Source: a virus. Taken from it: a stretch of 64,000 nucleotides of DNA. Location: IMG/VR virus record IMGVR_UViG_3300037423_000584; one strand, given 5' to 3'. Shown piece after piece: positions 18,551 to 27,855 of this stretch. Position numbers and translations under genes: made by a program. Numbering within the stretch: position 1 is the first letter of the stretch; every line of letters starts with the position of its first letter. The notes under the pieces are model-generated. The model saw only the letters and a program-made list of their open reading frames with translations. It had not been told where the DNA came from and did no database searches.

Positions 18551-19126
18551 ATGGAGAAAGAAAATATTCAGAAATTACAAAAGCTATCTAACGAACAACA
18601 AGAATTAATAGAAAACAATATAGATGAAATAAAGAAGATTCTATATACAGTTTTCAAGCACGACAAAAGAATAAAAAATCCTCATGAGAAAGTATATGAA
18701 GTAATAAGTCACTTACCAGAAGTGACTATGGAATATAATAAAGATAAACATCCTAATGTTCCATATCACAAGTTTGCAGCGAATAGATGTATTTTAAGAT
18801 CTATTGATGATTATAGGACATTCTCAAAAGTATATAACAAATATGTCAAAAATAATAAGAACTATCCTAAATCATTAAAGACAAAACATCAATTCTCAGA
18901 CGTTGATTGGGATGATTTAAAGAAGCATGTTTCCCATCTTAAGGATGATATATTTAAAAAGGTAATTGAGGAATACATTATTCCCAATGCAGAAAATCCT
19001 AAATGTCCAGTAACGATGGAAAACATTGCACATAAATACGATGTATCTATTGCTAGAATCTGCCAAATAGTCCATAGTAAAAAAATAAAAGATATAATTG
19101 AAAATGCTATAGGCAGTATACGATAG
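18551..19126 (+). CDS. second divergent sigma-factor-like protein (paralog of 8247..8927)
   Basis: FAANRCILRSIDDYR, VDWDDLK, IIPNAEN and IAHKYDVSIARICQI. Confidence 0.65.
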   Translation: MEKENIQKLQKLSNEQQELIENNIDEIKKILYTVFKHDKRIKNPHEKVYEVISHLPEVTMEYNKDKHPNVPYHKFAANRCILRSIDDYRTFSKVYNKYVKNNKNYPKSLKTKHQFSDVDWDDLKKHVSHLKDDIFKKVIEEYIIPNAENPKCPVTMENIAHKYDVSIARICQIVHSKKIKDIIENAIGSIR

Positions 19127-19151
19127 ATTATATCGGTCAAAAGATAAAATT

Positions 19152-19871
19152 ATGTCAAAATCTAAAAGAAAAATATTAGAATCATTACTATTTAAACCAT
19201 ACAAGTTTACATTTGATGGCAAGAATAGCATTATTGTTATATATAAATTCGATTCTCATACGTCTAAAAATATAAATAGCAAAGGTAAGATTAAAAATAA
19301 ACAAGTTAATTCTATTACCATTGTTGATATTAATGAAACTTTAGACAGAGGATCATTTTATACTGATACTTGGACTATAGTAAATATTGACGAATTCTTA
19401 TCTTATCTACAACCTGTTGACGTTTCTGAGTTTGCAGAAGAAATACAAACCGCATTATCAATCATTATAAATGAATCGGCAGTCTTGTCTTCAAAGTTAT
19501 CATTACTTAGCGATGCATTAATGTCGATTAGCCATGTAATAAATGAATCTCCTAGAAAAGAAGGAGAGATAATCATAGCAAATGAAGATGATTATATTGC
19601 ACAAATAGTCTATAAGACTATTACTGGTGATATGGAAAAGTTTAACAAGGAGGATATACATAAGATAGGAAATACGATATTAGAAGTAGTGACAAATAAT
19701 TCTCACATTGATCTTGATGTTCAAGATAATGTTAGAAAGATAAAAGCAGAAATAGAATACAAGATTATTGACAATCTTCCTGCTGTTATAAAAGCAGAAG
19801 ATATATCTATCAATATGGATTCTATCACATCTGAAATTAAGAAAATTCAAGATAGCTTTGGAAAGGAATAA
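19152..19871 (+). CDS. hypothetical protein
   Basis: 239-aa ORF. Confidence 0.6.
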   Translation: MSKSKRKILESLLFKPYKFTFDGKNSIIVIYKFDSHTSKNINSKGKIKNKQVNSITIVDINETLDRGSFYTDTWTIVNIDEFLSYLQPVDVSEFAEEIQTALSIIINESAVLSSKLSLLSDALMSISHVINESPRKEGEIIIANEDDYIAQIVYKTITGDMEKFNKEDIHKIGNTILEVVTNNSHIDLDVQDNVRKIKAEIEYKIIDNLPAVIKAEDISINMDSITSEIKKIQDSFGKE

Positions 19872-19983
19872 AATGGCATTTCTATTTGTAGGCGGTGTAG
19901 TTGCTGTATTTTGTCTTATGATGCTTCCTGGCGTCAGACAATTGGTAAAGGCTGTTTGGAATAAAGTTAGAGGAAAGTAATTA

Positions 19984-20325
19984 ATGTCAGATTTTAATAA
20001 GGTACTTTTATCTGGTAGATTAACATCTAAGCCAGAGTTTAAGAAGCTTGGAAATGATAATAATGTAGCATCATTTTCTCTTGCCTCTAAACGTATATTT
20101 AATAGCAATGGAGAAAAGCGAGAAGAAACCACATTCGTTGATATAGATCTATTTGGCAATTCAGCAAAGGCTATTGCTGAATATGGAGATACTGGTAGAG
20201 ATATATTTATCGAAGGACGTTTAAAACTGGATAAGTGGAAAGATAAGGAATCTGGTCAAAAACGTAGCAAACTGTTTGTAATCGCTGAAAATTTTAAGTT
20301 CTTGGATAGTCCAAAAGGAAACTAA
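19984..20325 (+). CDS. ssb: single-stranded DNA-binding protein (no acidic C-terminal tail)
   Basis: NKVLLSGRLT..PE, FSLA, EETTFVD and IEGRL...W. Confidence 0.9.
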   Translation: MSDFNKVLLSGRLTSKPEFKKLGNDNNVASFSLASKRIFNSNGEKREETTFVDIDLFGNSAKAIAEYGDTGRDIFIEGRLKLDKWKDKESGQKRSKLFVIAENFKFLDSPKGN

Positions 20326-20326
20326 T

Positions 20327-20569
20327 ATGGCAAAGATTTATTCATCTTCTGTTTCAACATCTGGAAATTTAATGGTAACTGGTACTCTTAGTACACGAAA
20401 TAACAACAGGACTTATACTGTTTATCAAGTGTTTTATCGCAAGAATGGCGAGAAGCGTTTTCGATTTCTAAATACTAAGCCAGAAGTAACAAACTTCCGT
20501 AATAAGCTCAAGCAACAAAATCGAAAGTTCCTTGGGTATCGCCCAATAACTCTTACAGAGGTTAACTAA
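20327..20569 (+). CDS. small basic hypothetical protein
   Basis: ORF in a gene string. Confidence 0.55.
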   Translation: MAKIYSSSVSTSGNLMVTGTLSTRNNNRTYTVYQVFYRKNGEKRFRFLNTKPEVTNFRNKLKQQNRKFLGYRPITLTEVN

Positions 20570-21156
20570 TGTATCTTAATGGTTTTTCTGTTATTATCTC
20601 ACAAGGATTAGAAATTGGAAATGGATATATTGAGATTAAACATGGTACTCAATATACTATTTCTCTTTATAATAGTAATTCAGTAAGAGCAGATGCAGAA
20701 ATCTACGTAGATGGTAAACACATTGGTACTTTTCGTGTGAACGCATACAGTAATATTTCACTCGAAAGACCACTGAATGATAACGGTAAATTTACTTTCT
20801 ATCGATCTGGTTCAATCGAATTTAATAATTCCGAACTCTATAATGTTTCAAGATCTAAATTGGGACTTATTCAAGTTACGTTCAAACCAGAAAAAGCAAA
20901 AATTACACTAAGATCTAAAGGTATATCTGGACAAAGTGTAGATAGTCATAGTCTAAATTGTTATTCTTCAAATACAAATTGGAGTTCAGGTGGCACTGGA
21001 CTTAGCGGTTATAGTTCTCAAGAATTCGTCAATGTTTCCGAACTAGACTACGATAAAACAACTACAACTATTAATTTACGTCTAATTGAACGTAATAGAA
21101 AATCTGTACGACCATTGAAGTCGAATATATCCACTCCTATTCCAGAGCCCATTTAA
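20569..21156 (+). CDS. hypothetical beta-rich protein
   Basis: 195-aa ORF; GLIQVTFKPE and GGTGLSG.S.Q.F motifs. Confidence 0.6.
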   Translation: MYLNGFSVIISQGLEIGNGYIEIKHGTQYTISLYNSNSVRADAEIYVDGKHIGTFRVNAYSNISLERPLNDNGKFTFYRSGSIEFNNSELYNVSRSKLGLIQVTFKPEKAKITLRSKGISGQSVDSHSLNCYSSNTNWSSGGTGLSGYSSQEFVNVSELDYDKTTTTINLRLIERNRKSVRPLKSNISTPIPEPI

Positions 21157-21175
21157 AACTGGTTGGGTTACAATA

Positions 21176-21212
21176 CAATATCGATATGACGAAAGTTGTA
21201 TCGATATTTTTA
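21176..21212 (+). terminator. probable intrinsic terminator
   Basis: AATATCGATATGAC-GAAA-GTTGTATCGATATT followed by a T run. Confidence 0.65.
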
Positions 21213-21477
21213 TTATGAAGTTAATAACTATAAGAAAAACAATTACGTGGGATCTTATAAGATATAAAGAATACTTTTTATTTGATAAGATTTTTATTTG
21301 GCGATCTAGATATGATATAAGGTAAAAAAATGATAAGAAAACGGATAGAGCCTAGTGAAGCAATGTTAATAAGTATTCTTCAAACTGTACCTATCGAAGA
21401 AAGACAAAAAATACTAAATAGAAATCTTCCAATTAGCAAAAACGCAATGGACATTGTACGTAAGATAGAAGGAATAA

Positions 21478-22320
21478 ATGATGCAAAAAATAGCGATAGT
21501 AGATAGTTCTATTTCACATCAAAAAGGAATGTGTAAATGCATAGATCCTTCTTTGGTTGAATGGGATAGAAGCATTGGTGATAAGAAAGTAGTAGTTTTT
21601 ACAGACATGTGTCTTCGATTGGCAGAATTACCACAATACAGAGATTCATTTAAGATAGCTCTTCTAATAGAACCTCATGTCATTGCACCACTTGCGTATG
21701 ATTATATTGTAAATAATTTTGACAAGTTCGACCTTATCCTCACACATCATAAAAAGCTAACATCTATTACTAATAAAGCCCATTATTATCCATTTGGAAC
21801 AAGTTGGATCAACAAAGCAGAATGGGCAATTTATGATAAGACGAAAAATATATCTATTATAGCTTCGACTAAGAATTATGTCAAAGGACATCAGCTTAGA
21901 CATCAGGTTATCAAGAAATGTAAAGCTGCTCTTGATGTATATGGTTATGGATACAAGCCAGTTGATGAAAAAGTAGATGCTTTGAAAGATTATAAATTCT
22001 CAGTTACGATTGAGAATTGTCAGGAGAATGATTACTTTACTGAAAAGCTTATTGATTGTTTCTTAACTGGAACAGTTCCCATCTATTGGGGATTCAATAA
22101 TATTGGTAAGTATTTTAATCCAGATGGAATTATTACTATATCTGATGATATTTCTACTATAGAAAAGACTATTTTTGCAACAGAACGAAATGCAGATGAT
22201 TTTTATTATAGTTCACATGTTCAAAAGGCAATAAAAGAGAATTTCGAAGTAGCAAAACAGTATGTTTGTCCAGATGATCTTATTTATACAGAGATCCTAA
22301 AACCAAATGGGATTGTATAA
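21478..22320 (+). CDS. GT10 (alpha-1,3-fucosyltransferase-like) glycosyltransferase
   Basis: YKFSVTIEN...DYFTEKLIDCFLTGTVPIYWG motif. Confidence 0.8.
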   Translation: MMQKIAIVDSSISHQKGMCKCIDPSLVEWDRSIGDKKVVVFTDMCLRLAELPQYRDSFKIALLIEPHVIAPLAYDYIVNNFDKFDLILTHHKKLTSITNKAHYYPFGTSWINKAEWAIYDKTKNISIIASTKNYVKGHQLRHQVIKKCKAALDVYGYGYKPVDEKVDALKDYKFSVTIENCQENDYFTEKLIDCFLTGTVPIYWGFNNIGKYFNPDGIITISDDISTIEKTIFATERNADDFYYSSHVQKAIKENFEVAKQYVCPDDLIYTEILKPNGIV

Positions 22321-22326
22321 CATAGT

Positions 22327-23187
22327 ATGAAAATACTTAAATTTATATCTTCATTATTTATTCCTATTGTTTTAATTGGATGCTCGGCTAATATTCCAAA
22401 GACTATTACGTCAGACCCATCTCCACAAATAAAGAAAGCAACAGGAGATATAGATAAAAGTTCTAATACTATCAATGAAAAAGCTGATGATATAAATAAA
22501 AATACAGATCTAATAGTTCTTAATATAAAAGATCCATATCAAAAAACAGTTATTAAGCCATTTGTTGATAAAATTAAAGAAAACATCAAAGACATAAAAA
22601 AAGAAACAGTTAATATACAAACCGTTTATGTTCCTATAGTTATAGAAAAGACTAAAGACATTTCTTCTATAGTAAATGAACGTGATACATATAAAGGTCT
22701 TTATGAAAAAGAAAAAGAAAAAAATGATTCTTTTACAAATAAGATCATTCAAGTAATAAAAGCTATTTCCCTTGGTGGAATTTTCGGCACATTAATATGG
22801 TTTCTTATCGATAAAGATAAAAAAATACTTGGATATACTGGAATATGTTTAGCGATATTTGCGACAGCAACATTTGTGGATAAGTATCTATTTTGGATAG
22901 AGATAGCTTCAATGATTGGTCTCGTAGTATATGTTATATATCATATTCGTAATCTAAAGAAAGATGCTGACAAGAAAGATTCAATCAATGTAGAACTTGT
23001 ACAATTCGGTGAAATTGTCAAAGATGAACTTAAAGATCTTGGCGATAAAGGTGAAGAAATTATCAAAAAGCTTTTCGGTTCTGGAACAAGAGAAGGTCTT
23101 TTGCAGAAAGAGGTTTTTTCTGATCATACAATTGACAAGGTTGATGAAATTAGATCAAGCGGAGAAATATATCTTGCAAAGAAATAA
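22327..23187 (+). CDS. lipoprotein with a coiled coil and several TM helices (spanin-like?)
   Basis: Signal peptide with lipobox VLIGC; three hydrophobic segments around residues 140-205. Confidence 0.55.
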   Translation: MKILKFISSLFIPIVLIGCSANIPKTITSDPSPQIKKATGDIDKSSNTINEKADDINKNTDLIVLNIKDPYQKTVIKPFVDKIKENIKDIKKETVNIQTVYVPIVIEKTKDISSIVNERDTYKGLYEKEKEKNDSFTNKIIQVIKAISLGGIFGTLIWFLIDKDKKILGYTGICLAIFATATFVDKYLFWIEIASMIGLVVYVIYHIRNLKKDADKKDSINVELVQFGEIVKDELKDLGDKGEEIIKKLFGSGTREGLLQKEVFSDHTIDKVDEIRSSGEIYLAKK

Positions 23188-23189
23188 AT

Positions 23190-23699
23190 ATGAAAGCACT
23201 TGTAATATTAAATCTATGTTATGGTGTTATACGACCAATGTCTGTAACATCATGCGTGGATGTCTATAAAACAATAGACAATATAGAAAAACTTTCTGAA
23301 CAATTTGAATATTCGTTTATAATAAACGATGAACACGATAGGGAGGACCAAGAATTTAAACTGGTTCCTCCCCATTTTATTCGTGGAACAGAAGATACGT
23401 ATAGATTATTTAACGCAGAAGAACGTTTAAAATCAAGGATAAAATATTTCTTCAAGAAAACTAAATTTAGTGGATTAAGTAGTGAACACAACAAAACGAT
23501 TATACTTAACGCCGGCTTTGAAGAAATATGCATCTGTGGCTTTACAGCATCTATGGATATTGTCCCCACAGTGCTTGACTTTATCTATAATAATAAAATT
23601 GTTTCAATTGCGTCAAAATGCATTTCTGACACAACTAGAGAAAATAAGGAAAGATCATTAGGATATCTTAATTGGATTGGTATAAAGGAATATGGTTAA
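23190..23699 (+). CDS. isochorismatase/nicotinamidase-fold protein with altered catalytic residues
   Basis: KALVILN (usually D), D.HD..D.EF..PPH...GT, KTKFSG and CGFTASMDI (usually GxxTxxCV). Confidence 0.7.
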   Translation: MKALVILNLCYGVIRPMSVTSCVDVYKTIDNIEKLSEQFEYSFIINDEHDREDQEFKLVPPHFIRGTEDTYRLFNAEERLKSRIKYFFKKTKFSGLSSEHNKTIILNAGFEEICICGFTASMDIVPTVLDFIYNNKIVSIASKCISDTTRENKERSLGYLNWIGIKEYG

Positions 23700-24510
23700 A
23701 ATACTTTGTTTTTCTAAAAATCGTAATATGCAATTAAGGAGCTATATTGAATCGCTCCTTTTTTATTCCCAAGTCGAACAAGATCAAGTATATATTATAG
23801 TTCCTAACGAAAATCACTATGAAGATTTGGAACGAGAATATCCGAATATTAATTGGATATATGAAAATAAATATGGAACTTTTGATATTGCTTATTATGA
23901 ATTTTTAAAGCAATGTCATGATATGGATACCGTTATACTTAATGTGGACGATGTTGTTTATTTTCGTCAATTTGATCCTTGGATTATCGATAAGATCTTA
24001 AATCAAGAAGAGATTCTTGGATTTACACTAAGACTTGGTAAAAATATTCTAGCCGCAAATAGAATTAATGCCTTTTGGATAGATAAGATGTCCAATACTG
24101 TTGGATGGAATTACAAGGGATGTCCGAGCCATTGGGGTTACTTTATAGAACTAACTGCTTCTGCATATAAAACACATGTTCTTAAAGATATGTACGCAGC
24201 TTCGAAAGAACCATTCTTGATTCCAAATAGCATTGAGTCATTTGGTGTTAACTATTGTTATTCCGGTGCTTTAGATAAAAAACCAATTATAGCAATGTTT
24301 AACACTGCATCTTATGCAGCGGCTGTTGATCTTAATAGAGTTCAGAATCTATTCGAAAATAGAGTTCAAGGCACAGAAGAACATACGCCTGAAAACCTTA
24401 ATAAACTATATCAAGAAGGATATAGAATAGACTGGTATAATTATTACAGAATGGAACATAATGATCCATTCTTAGGAACAAAGGGATTTAAACTAATTAA
24501 ACAAGGATAA
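23692..24510 (+). CDS. GT-A fold glycosyltransferase-like protein
   Basis: FSKNRNMQL, VDD and FTLRLG. Confidence 0.6.
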   Translation: MVKILCFSKNRNMQLRSYIESLLFYSQVEQDQVYIIVPNENHYEDLEREYPNINWIYENKYGTFDIAYYEFLKQCHDMDTVILNVDDVVYFRQFDPWIIDKILNQEEILGFTLRLGKNILAANRINAFWIDKMSNTVGWNYKGCPSHWGYFIELTASAYKTHVLKDMYAASKEPFLIPNSIESFGVNYCYSGALDKKPIIAMFNTASYAAAVDLNRVQNLFENRVQGTEEHTPENLNKLYQEGYRIDWYNYYRMEHNDPFLGTKGFKLIKQG

Positions 24511-24514
24511 ATTA

Positions 24515-24790
24515 ATGAAACCAGAATCTAGACAACTTGTAACTGACGAAACATTTGAAGATATCATGGAAGAATTTGCTAAACATATTAATAAGGTCCT
24601 AGAACGCAAAGGTCGTTTTGGCTTTATTAGTATGACTGATATCTATGGTAAACTTAGTGAAGAAGTATATGAAACACTAAAAGCAATGCATGAAAAGAAT
24701 AAGGATGAATTTTCTTATGAGCTTTTCGATGTAGCCGTTGTTGCTCTTTGGGGTGCGATGTCTCTAAGACAAAGAGAAGTTAATAAATAA
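24515..24790 (+). CDS. MazG-like all-alpha NTP pyrophosphatase
   Basis: EEVYE...ELFDVAVVA. Confidence 0.6.
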   Translation: MKPESRQLVTDETFEDIMEEFAKHINKVLERKGRFGFISMTDIYGKLSEEVYETLKAMHEKNKDEFSYELFDVAVVALWGAMSLRQREVNK

Positions 24791-24792
24791 TT

Positions 24793-25116
24793 ATGATATA
24801 CAAAAAAGACTGGAATAATTGGTATATTGGTTTACAAGATATAAATTGGACAGAACCAACAGATCCTTTGTATAAACGAATATGTTTTAGAAATTTAAAA
24901 TGGTCTAAGATTAAATTAAATAAATATTCTAATTTTAAATATACATCAGAACAATTTGATTTTAAATTCAAAAATGGTTTCTCTAATGCTAATTATATAG
25001 CATTGTATAGAAATGGCGATTTCGTTTCAAGAATACCATTCGCAGGAGGATCTGTTAATGTACCAAAAAATTCTTCAATACGTACTTATTTAAGTGGACT
25101 TGAAGTAGATAAATAA
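24793..25116 (+). CDS. hypothetical protein, tandem paralog A
   Basis: Y.GL..E..D..YKRICFRN...FKFKN...YIALY. Confidence 0.6.
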   Translation: MIYKKDWNNWYIGLQDINWTEPTDPLYKRICFRNLKWSKIKLNKYSNFKYTSEQFDFKFKNGFSNANYIALYRNGDFVSRIPFAGGSVNVPKNSSIRTYLSGLEVDK

Positions 25117-25117
25117 T

Positions 25118-25471
25118 ATGTTATATAGAAAAGATAAAAACTACATATATCTTGGTATTATATATCAAGATACACAAGAAGAAATAAAAGATGAATATTA
25201 TAAACGGGTTAGTTTTAGAAACATAGCCAAAATTCAATATAAAACTACAACTAACTCTCATTTAAATCAAGATAAAATAACAGAAATTATATGTTTTAAA
25301 TTCAAAAATCCAATAGATACGACGAAACAGTATAGAATAGCATTCTTTGACAAAAGAACAAATGAAATTGTTCGTACAGGATTAGTATTTGAAGAAGAAA
25401 TATCTGAAAATAAAATAGAGATAAGACCAGATCCAAAATACGGTTGGTCGGTAATGTATGATTATTATTAA
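25118..25471 (+). CDS. hypothetical protein, tandem paralog B
   Basis: YLGI..E..D.YYKRVSFRN...FKFKN...YRIAFF. Confidence 0.6.
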   Translation: MLYRKDKNYIYLGIIYQDTQEEIKDEYYKRVSFRNIAKIQYKTTTNSHLNQDKITEIICFKFKNPIDTTKQYRIAFFDKRTNEIVRTGLVFEEEISENKIEIRPDPKYGWSVMYDYY

Positions 25472-25952
25472 TAGACCACAATTTGATGATTATTTTATGG
25501 CTATGGCTTTTTTGGCCAGTCAAAGAAGCATTGATCCTTCTACAAAACATGGATGTGTAATTGTTGATAAAAATAACCGTATTCAATCTTTAGGATACAA
25601 TTCTCCTCCAAAAGGATGTATTGATTCTAAGATACCTTTAACAAGACCAGAGAAGTATTCATTCTTTGTTCATTCGGAAGAATCAGCACTTCTTTGTTGT
25701 AATCATTCTGTCGAAGGATCTACTCTTTATGTTACTGGTCGTCCATGTCATAGATGCTTAAGAATGATTTTACAAAGAGGAATTGATAGATTGGTATATG
25801 GTCCTGTTGGTTCAAATTGTGTTGATGAACAAGATGTTGCTGCTTCTAATTTAATGCTAGAAGGACAATCGATTAAAATTGATAAATATGAATCAATGGA
25901 ATTTATTAATGTACTAGAAGGAACACTTAAATATATAGGAAGTAAAGTATAA
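25458..25952 (+). CDS. dCMP deaminase
   Basis: RP.FDDYFM, RSIDPSTKHG, GYN, VHSE and PCHRC. Confidence 0.9.
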   Translation: MIIINRPQFDDYFMAMAFLASQRSIDPSTKHGCVIVDKNNRIQSLGYNSPPKGCIDSKIPLTRPEKYSFFVHSEESALLCCNHSVEGSTLYVTGRPCHRCLRMILQRGIDRLVYGPVGSNCVDEQDVAASNLMLEGQSIKIDKYESMEFINVLEGTLKYIGSKV

Positions 25953-26200
25953 TGGGATATCATAAATCAGAAATTCCAAAAGGTTTTGTTGGACAATATT
26001 CTAAAATTGAAGAAGAGTTTCTTGAGTTTAAAGATGCGGTTATTCAAGGAAATAAAGTTATGGAGCTTGTTGAATTGAGTGATCTTTATCTAGCTATTCA
26101 ACAATATCTTGATAATTATCATCCAAGTATAGGAATGAATGATATTGCTATCATGGCTCAGGCAACAAAAGAAGCTTTTGAATCTGGCGAACGAAAATGA
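25952..26200 (+). CDS. small MazG-like protein
   Basis: SKIEEEFLE..DA....ELSDL. Confidence 0.55.
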   Translation: MGYHKSEIPKGFVGQYSKIEEEFLEFKDAVIQGNKVMELVELSDLYLAIQQYLDNYHPSIGMNDIAIMAQATKEAFESGERK

Positions 26201-26760
26201 TAAATTATAAACAAATAACACACGCAATCATTCATTATGAAAAACAAGGCTACGAATATATAGACGTACCTTGGGCAGTATCGAAAGAAGCAATAGATGT
26301 AACAATGCCACCGCAAGGTGGTTATTTCTTTTTAGGGAATATGATAGATAAATCCCTAGTTGGTTCGGCAGAACAAAGTTATATCCAGATGATGCTAGAT
26401 GGAACTATAAACGGAACTGGCAAGAAATATGTTACAGCTACTCCATGTTTTAGAGCAGAAAGAAATATAACAGAAATAACAAAACCTTACTTCTTTAAAG
26501 TTGAATTAATAAATTATAATCCTGGGAATCCTGATAGAGCCTTGTCTTTTATGGTAGAATGGGATGTATTAACATTTTATCAAAAATACTTTGGTTATAT
26601 AAGGATTCAAAAAGTAAAAACAGATGAAGGATTTGATATAATTGATACAAAATTAAATATTGAATTAGGATCGTACGGAATAAGAGAATACAAAGGACAT
26701 AAATGGTTATATGGAACAGGCTTAGCAGAACCAAGATTTTCGTATTGTTTAGCAAGATAA
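26197..26760 (+). CDS. stand-alone class II aminoacyl-tRNA-synthetase catalytic-core-like protein
   Basis: GYEYIDVP (motif 1-like), GSAEQ, TPCFRAE..F.KVE (motif 2), ELGS and GTGLAEPR (motif 3-like); only 187 aa, with no tRNA-binding domain. Confidence 0.7.
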   Translation: MINYKQITHAIIHYEKQGYEYIDVPWAVSKEAIDVTMPPQGGYFFLGNMIDKSLVGSAEQSYIQMMLDGTINGTGKKYVTATPCFRAERNITEITKPYFFKVELINYNPGNPDRALSFMVEWDVLTFYQKYFGYIRIQKVKTDEGFDIIDTKLNIELGSYGIREYKGHKWLYGTGLAEPRFSYCLAR

Positions 26761-26768
26761 ATAATCCA

Positions 26769-26860
26769 TCTCGGCTTGTATAAATATATCACGTCGCTGA
26801 ATATCGGACATATCAATTCCGATTATTATCTACTTAATATTAGTTTAACACGCCGAGAGG
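26769..26860 (+). promoter_or_regulatory. structured nrdB leader: TCTCGGC can pair with GCCGAGA overlapping the RBS; TATAAATA lies just inside the 5' arm
   Basis: Inverted repeat 26769-26775/26852-26858 plus an internal ATCGGA/TCCGAT hairpin. Confidence 0.45.
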
Positions 26861-26864
26861 ATAT

Positions 26865-27839
26865 ATGAGTATTTTTGACAAGAGAATTGCATTCAAACCA
26901 TTTGAATATCCAGATATTATAGAATATAAAAACGCAATTAATCACAGTTACTGGTTAGTTAGTGAATGGAATTTCATTAGCGATATACAAGATTTCCATA
27001 CTAAGCTAACAGATGAAGAAAAGAACGCTGTAAAGAATACACTCCTTGCAATATCACAAATAGAGGTTTCTGTTAAAAGATTTTGGACGAAATTAGGAGA
27101 TCGTTTTCCTAAGCCAGAAATTGAACAAGTTGGTGTTACTTTTGGAGAATCTGAGGTAAGACATTCTGATGCATATTCGCATCTTCTTGAAGTATTAAAT
27201 CTTAATAATGATTTTGCTCTACTTCTAGAAAACCCAATCATTCAGGGCCGCGTAGATTATCTAACGAAATATCTAAAGGGTGCTGCTGATAATTCAAATG
27301 AAAATTATACTTTGACTTTAACATTGTTCTCCATATTCATTGAGAACGTTAGTTTGTTTAGTCAATTTGCTATCATTAAATCATTCAATAAATATAAGAA
27401 TATTTTAAAAGATATCGATAATGTTGTCCAAGCCACACAAAAAGAAGAAGTAATTCATGCTATGCTTGGTGTTTACATTATCAACAAGATTAAAGCAGAA
27501 TTCCCAGAATGGTTTAATGAAGATTTTTATGAAAAGATTTATAGAGCTTCTAAGAAAGCTTTTGAAGCTGAAAGTAATATTATTGATTGGATCTTCGAAA
27601 AAGGCGAACTTTCATTCCTATCAAAGAACACGTTGAAGGAATTTATTAAAGACAGATTTAATTTAAGTATTGAGATGATTGGTGGAAAGAAGTTGTTCGA
27701 AGTCAATCAAGAAGAAATCGCAAAGCTTAAGTGGTTTAATGATGAAATTTATGCAGAAGTTAATACTGATTTCTTCCACAAGAGACCAGTAACTTACAGT
27801 AAAAAAATGCAATCAGTAACAGCCGATGATTTGTTCTAA
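26865..27839 (+). CDS. nrdB: ribonucleotide reductase class I small subunit (class Id-like)
   Basis: KPFEYP, QIEVSVK, ESEVRHSDAY, IENVSLFSQF, EEVIH and DFF..RP..Y. Confidence 0.93.
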   Translation: MSIFDKRIAFKPFEYPDIIEYKNAINHSYWLVSEWNFISDIQDFHTKLTDEEKNAVKNTLLAISQIEVSVKRFWTKLGDRFPKPEIEQVGVTFGESEVRHSDAYSHLLEVLNLNNDFALLLENPIIQGRVDYLTKYLKGAADNSNENYTLTLTLFSIFIENVSLFSQFAIIKSFNKYKNILKDIDNVVQATQKEEVIHAMLGVYIINKIKAEFPEWFNEDFYEKIYRASKKAFEAESNIIDWIFEKGELSFLSKNTLKEFIKDRFNLSIEMIGGKKLFEVNQEEIAKLKWFNDEIYAEVNTDFFHKRPVTYSKKMQSVTADDLF

Positions 27840-27855
27840 ATCAGAAAGATAAAAT

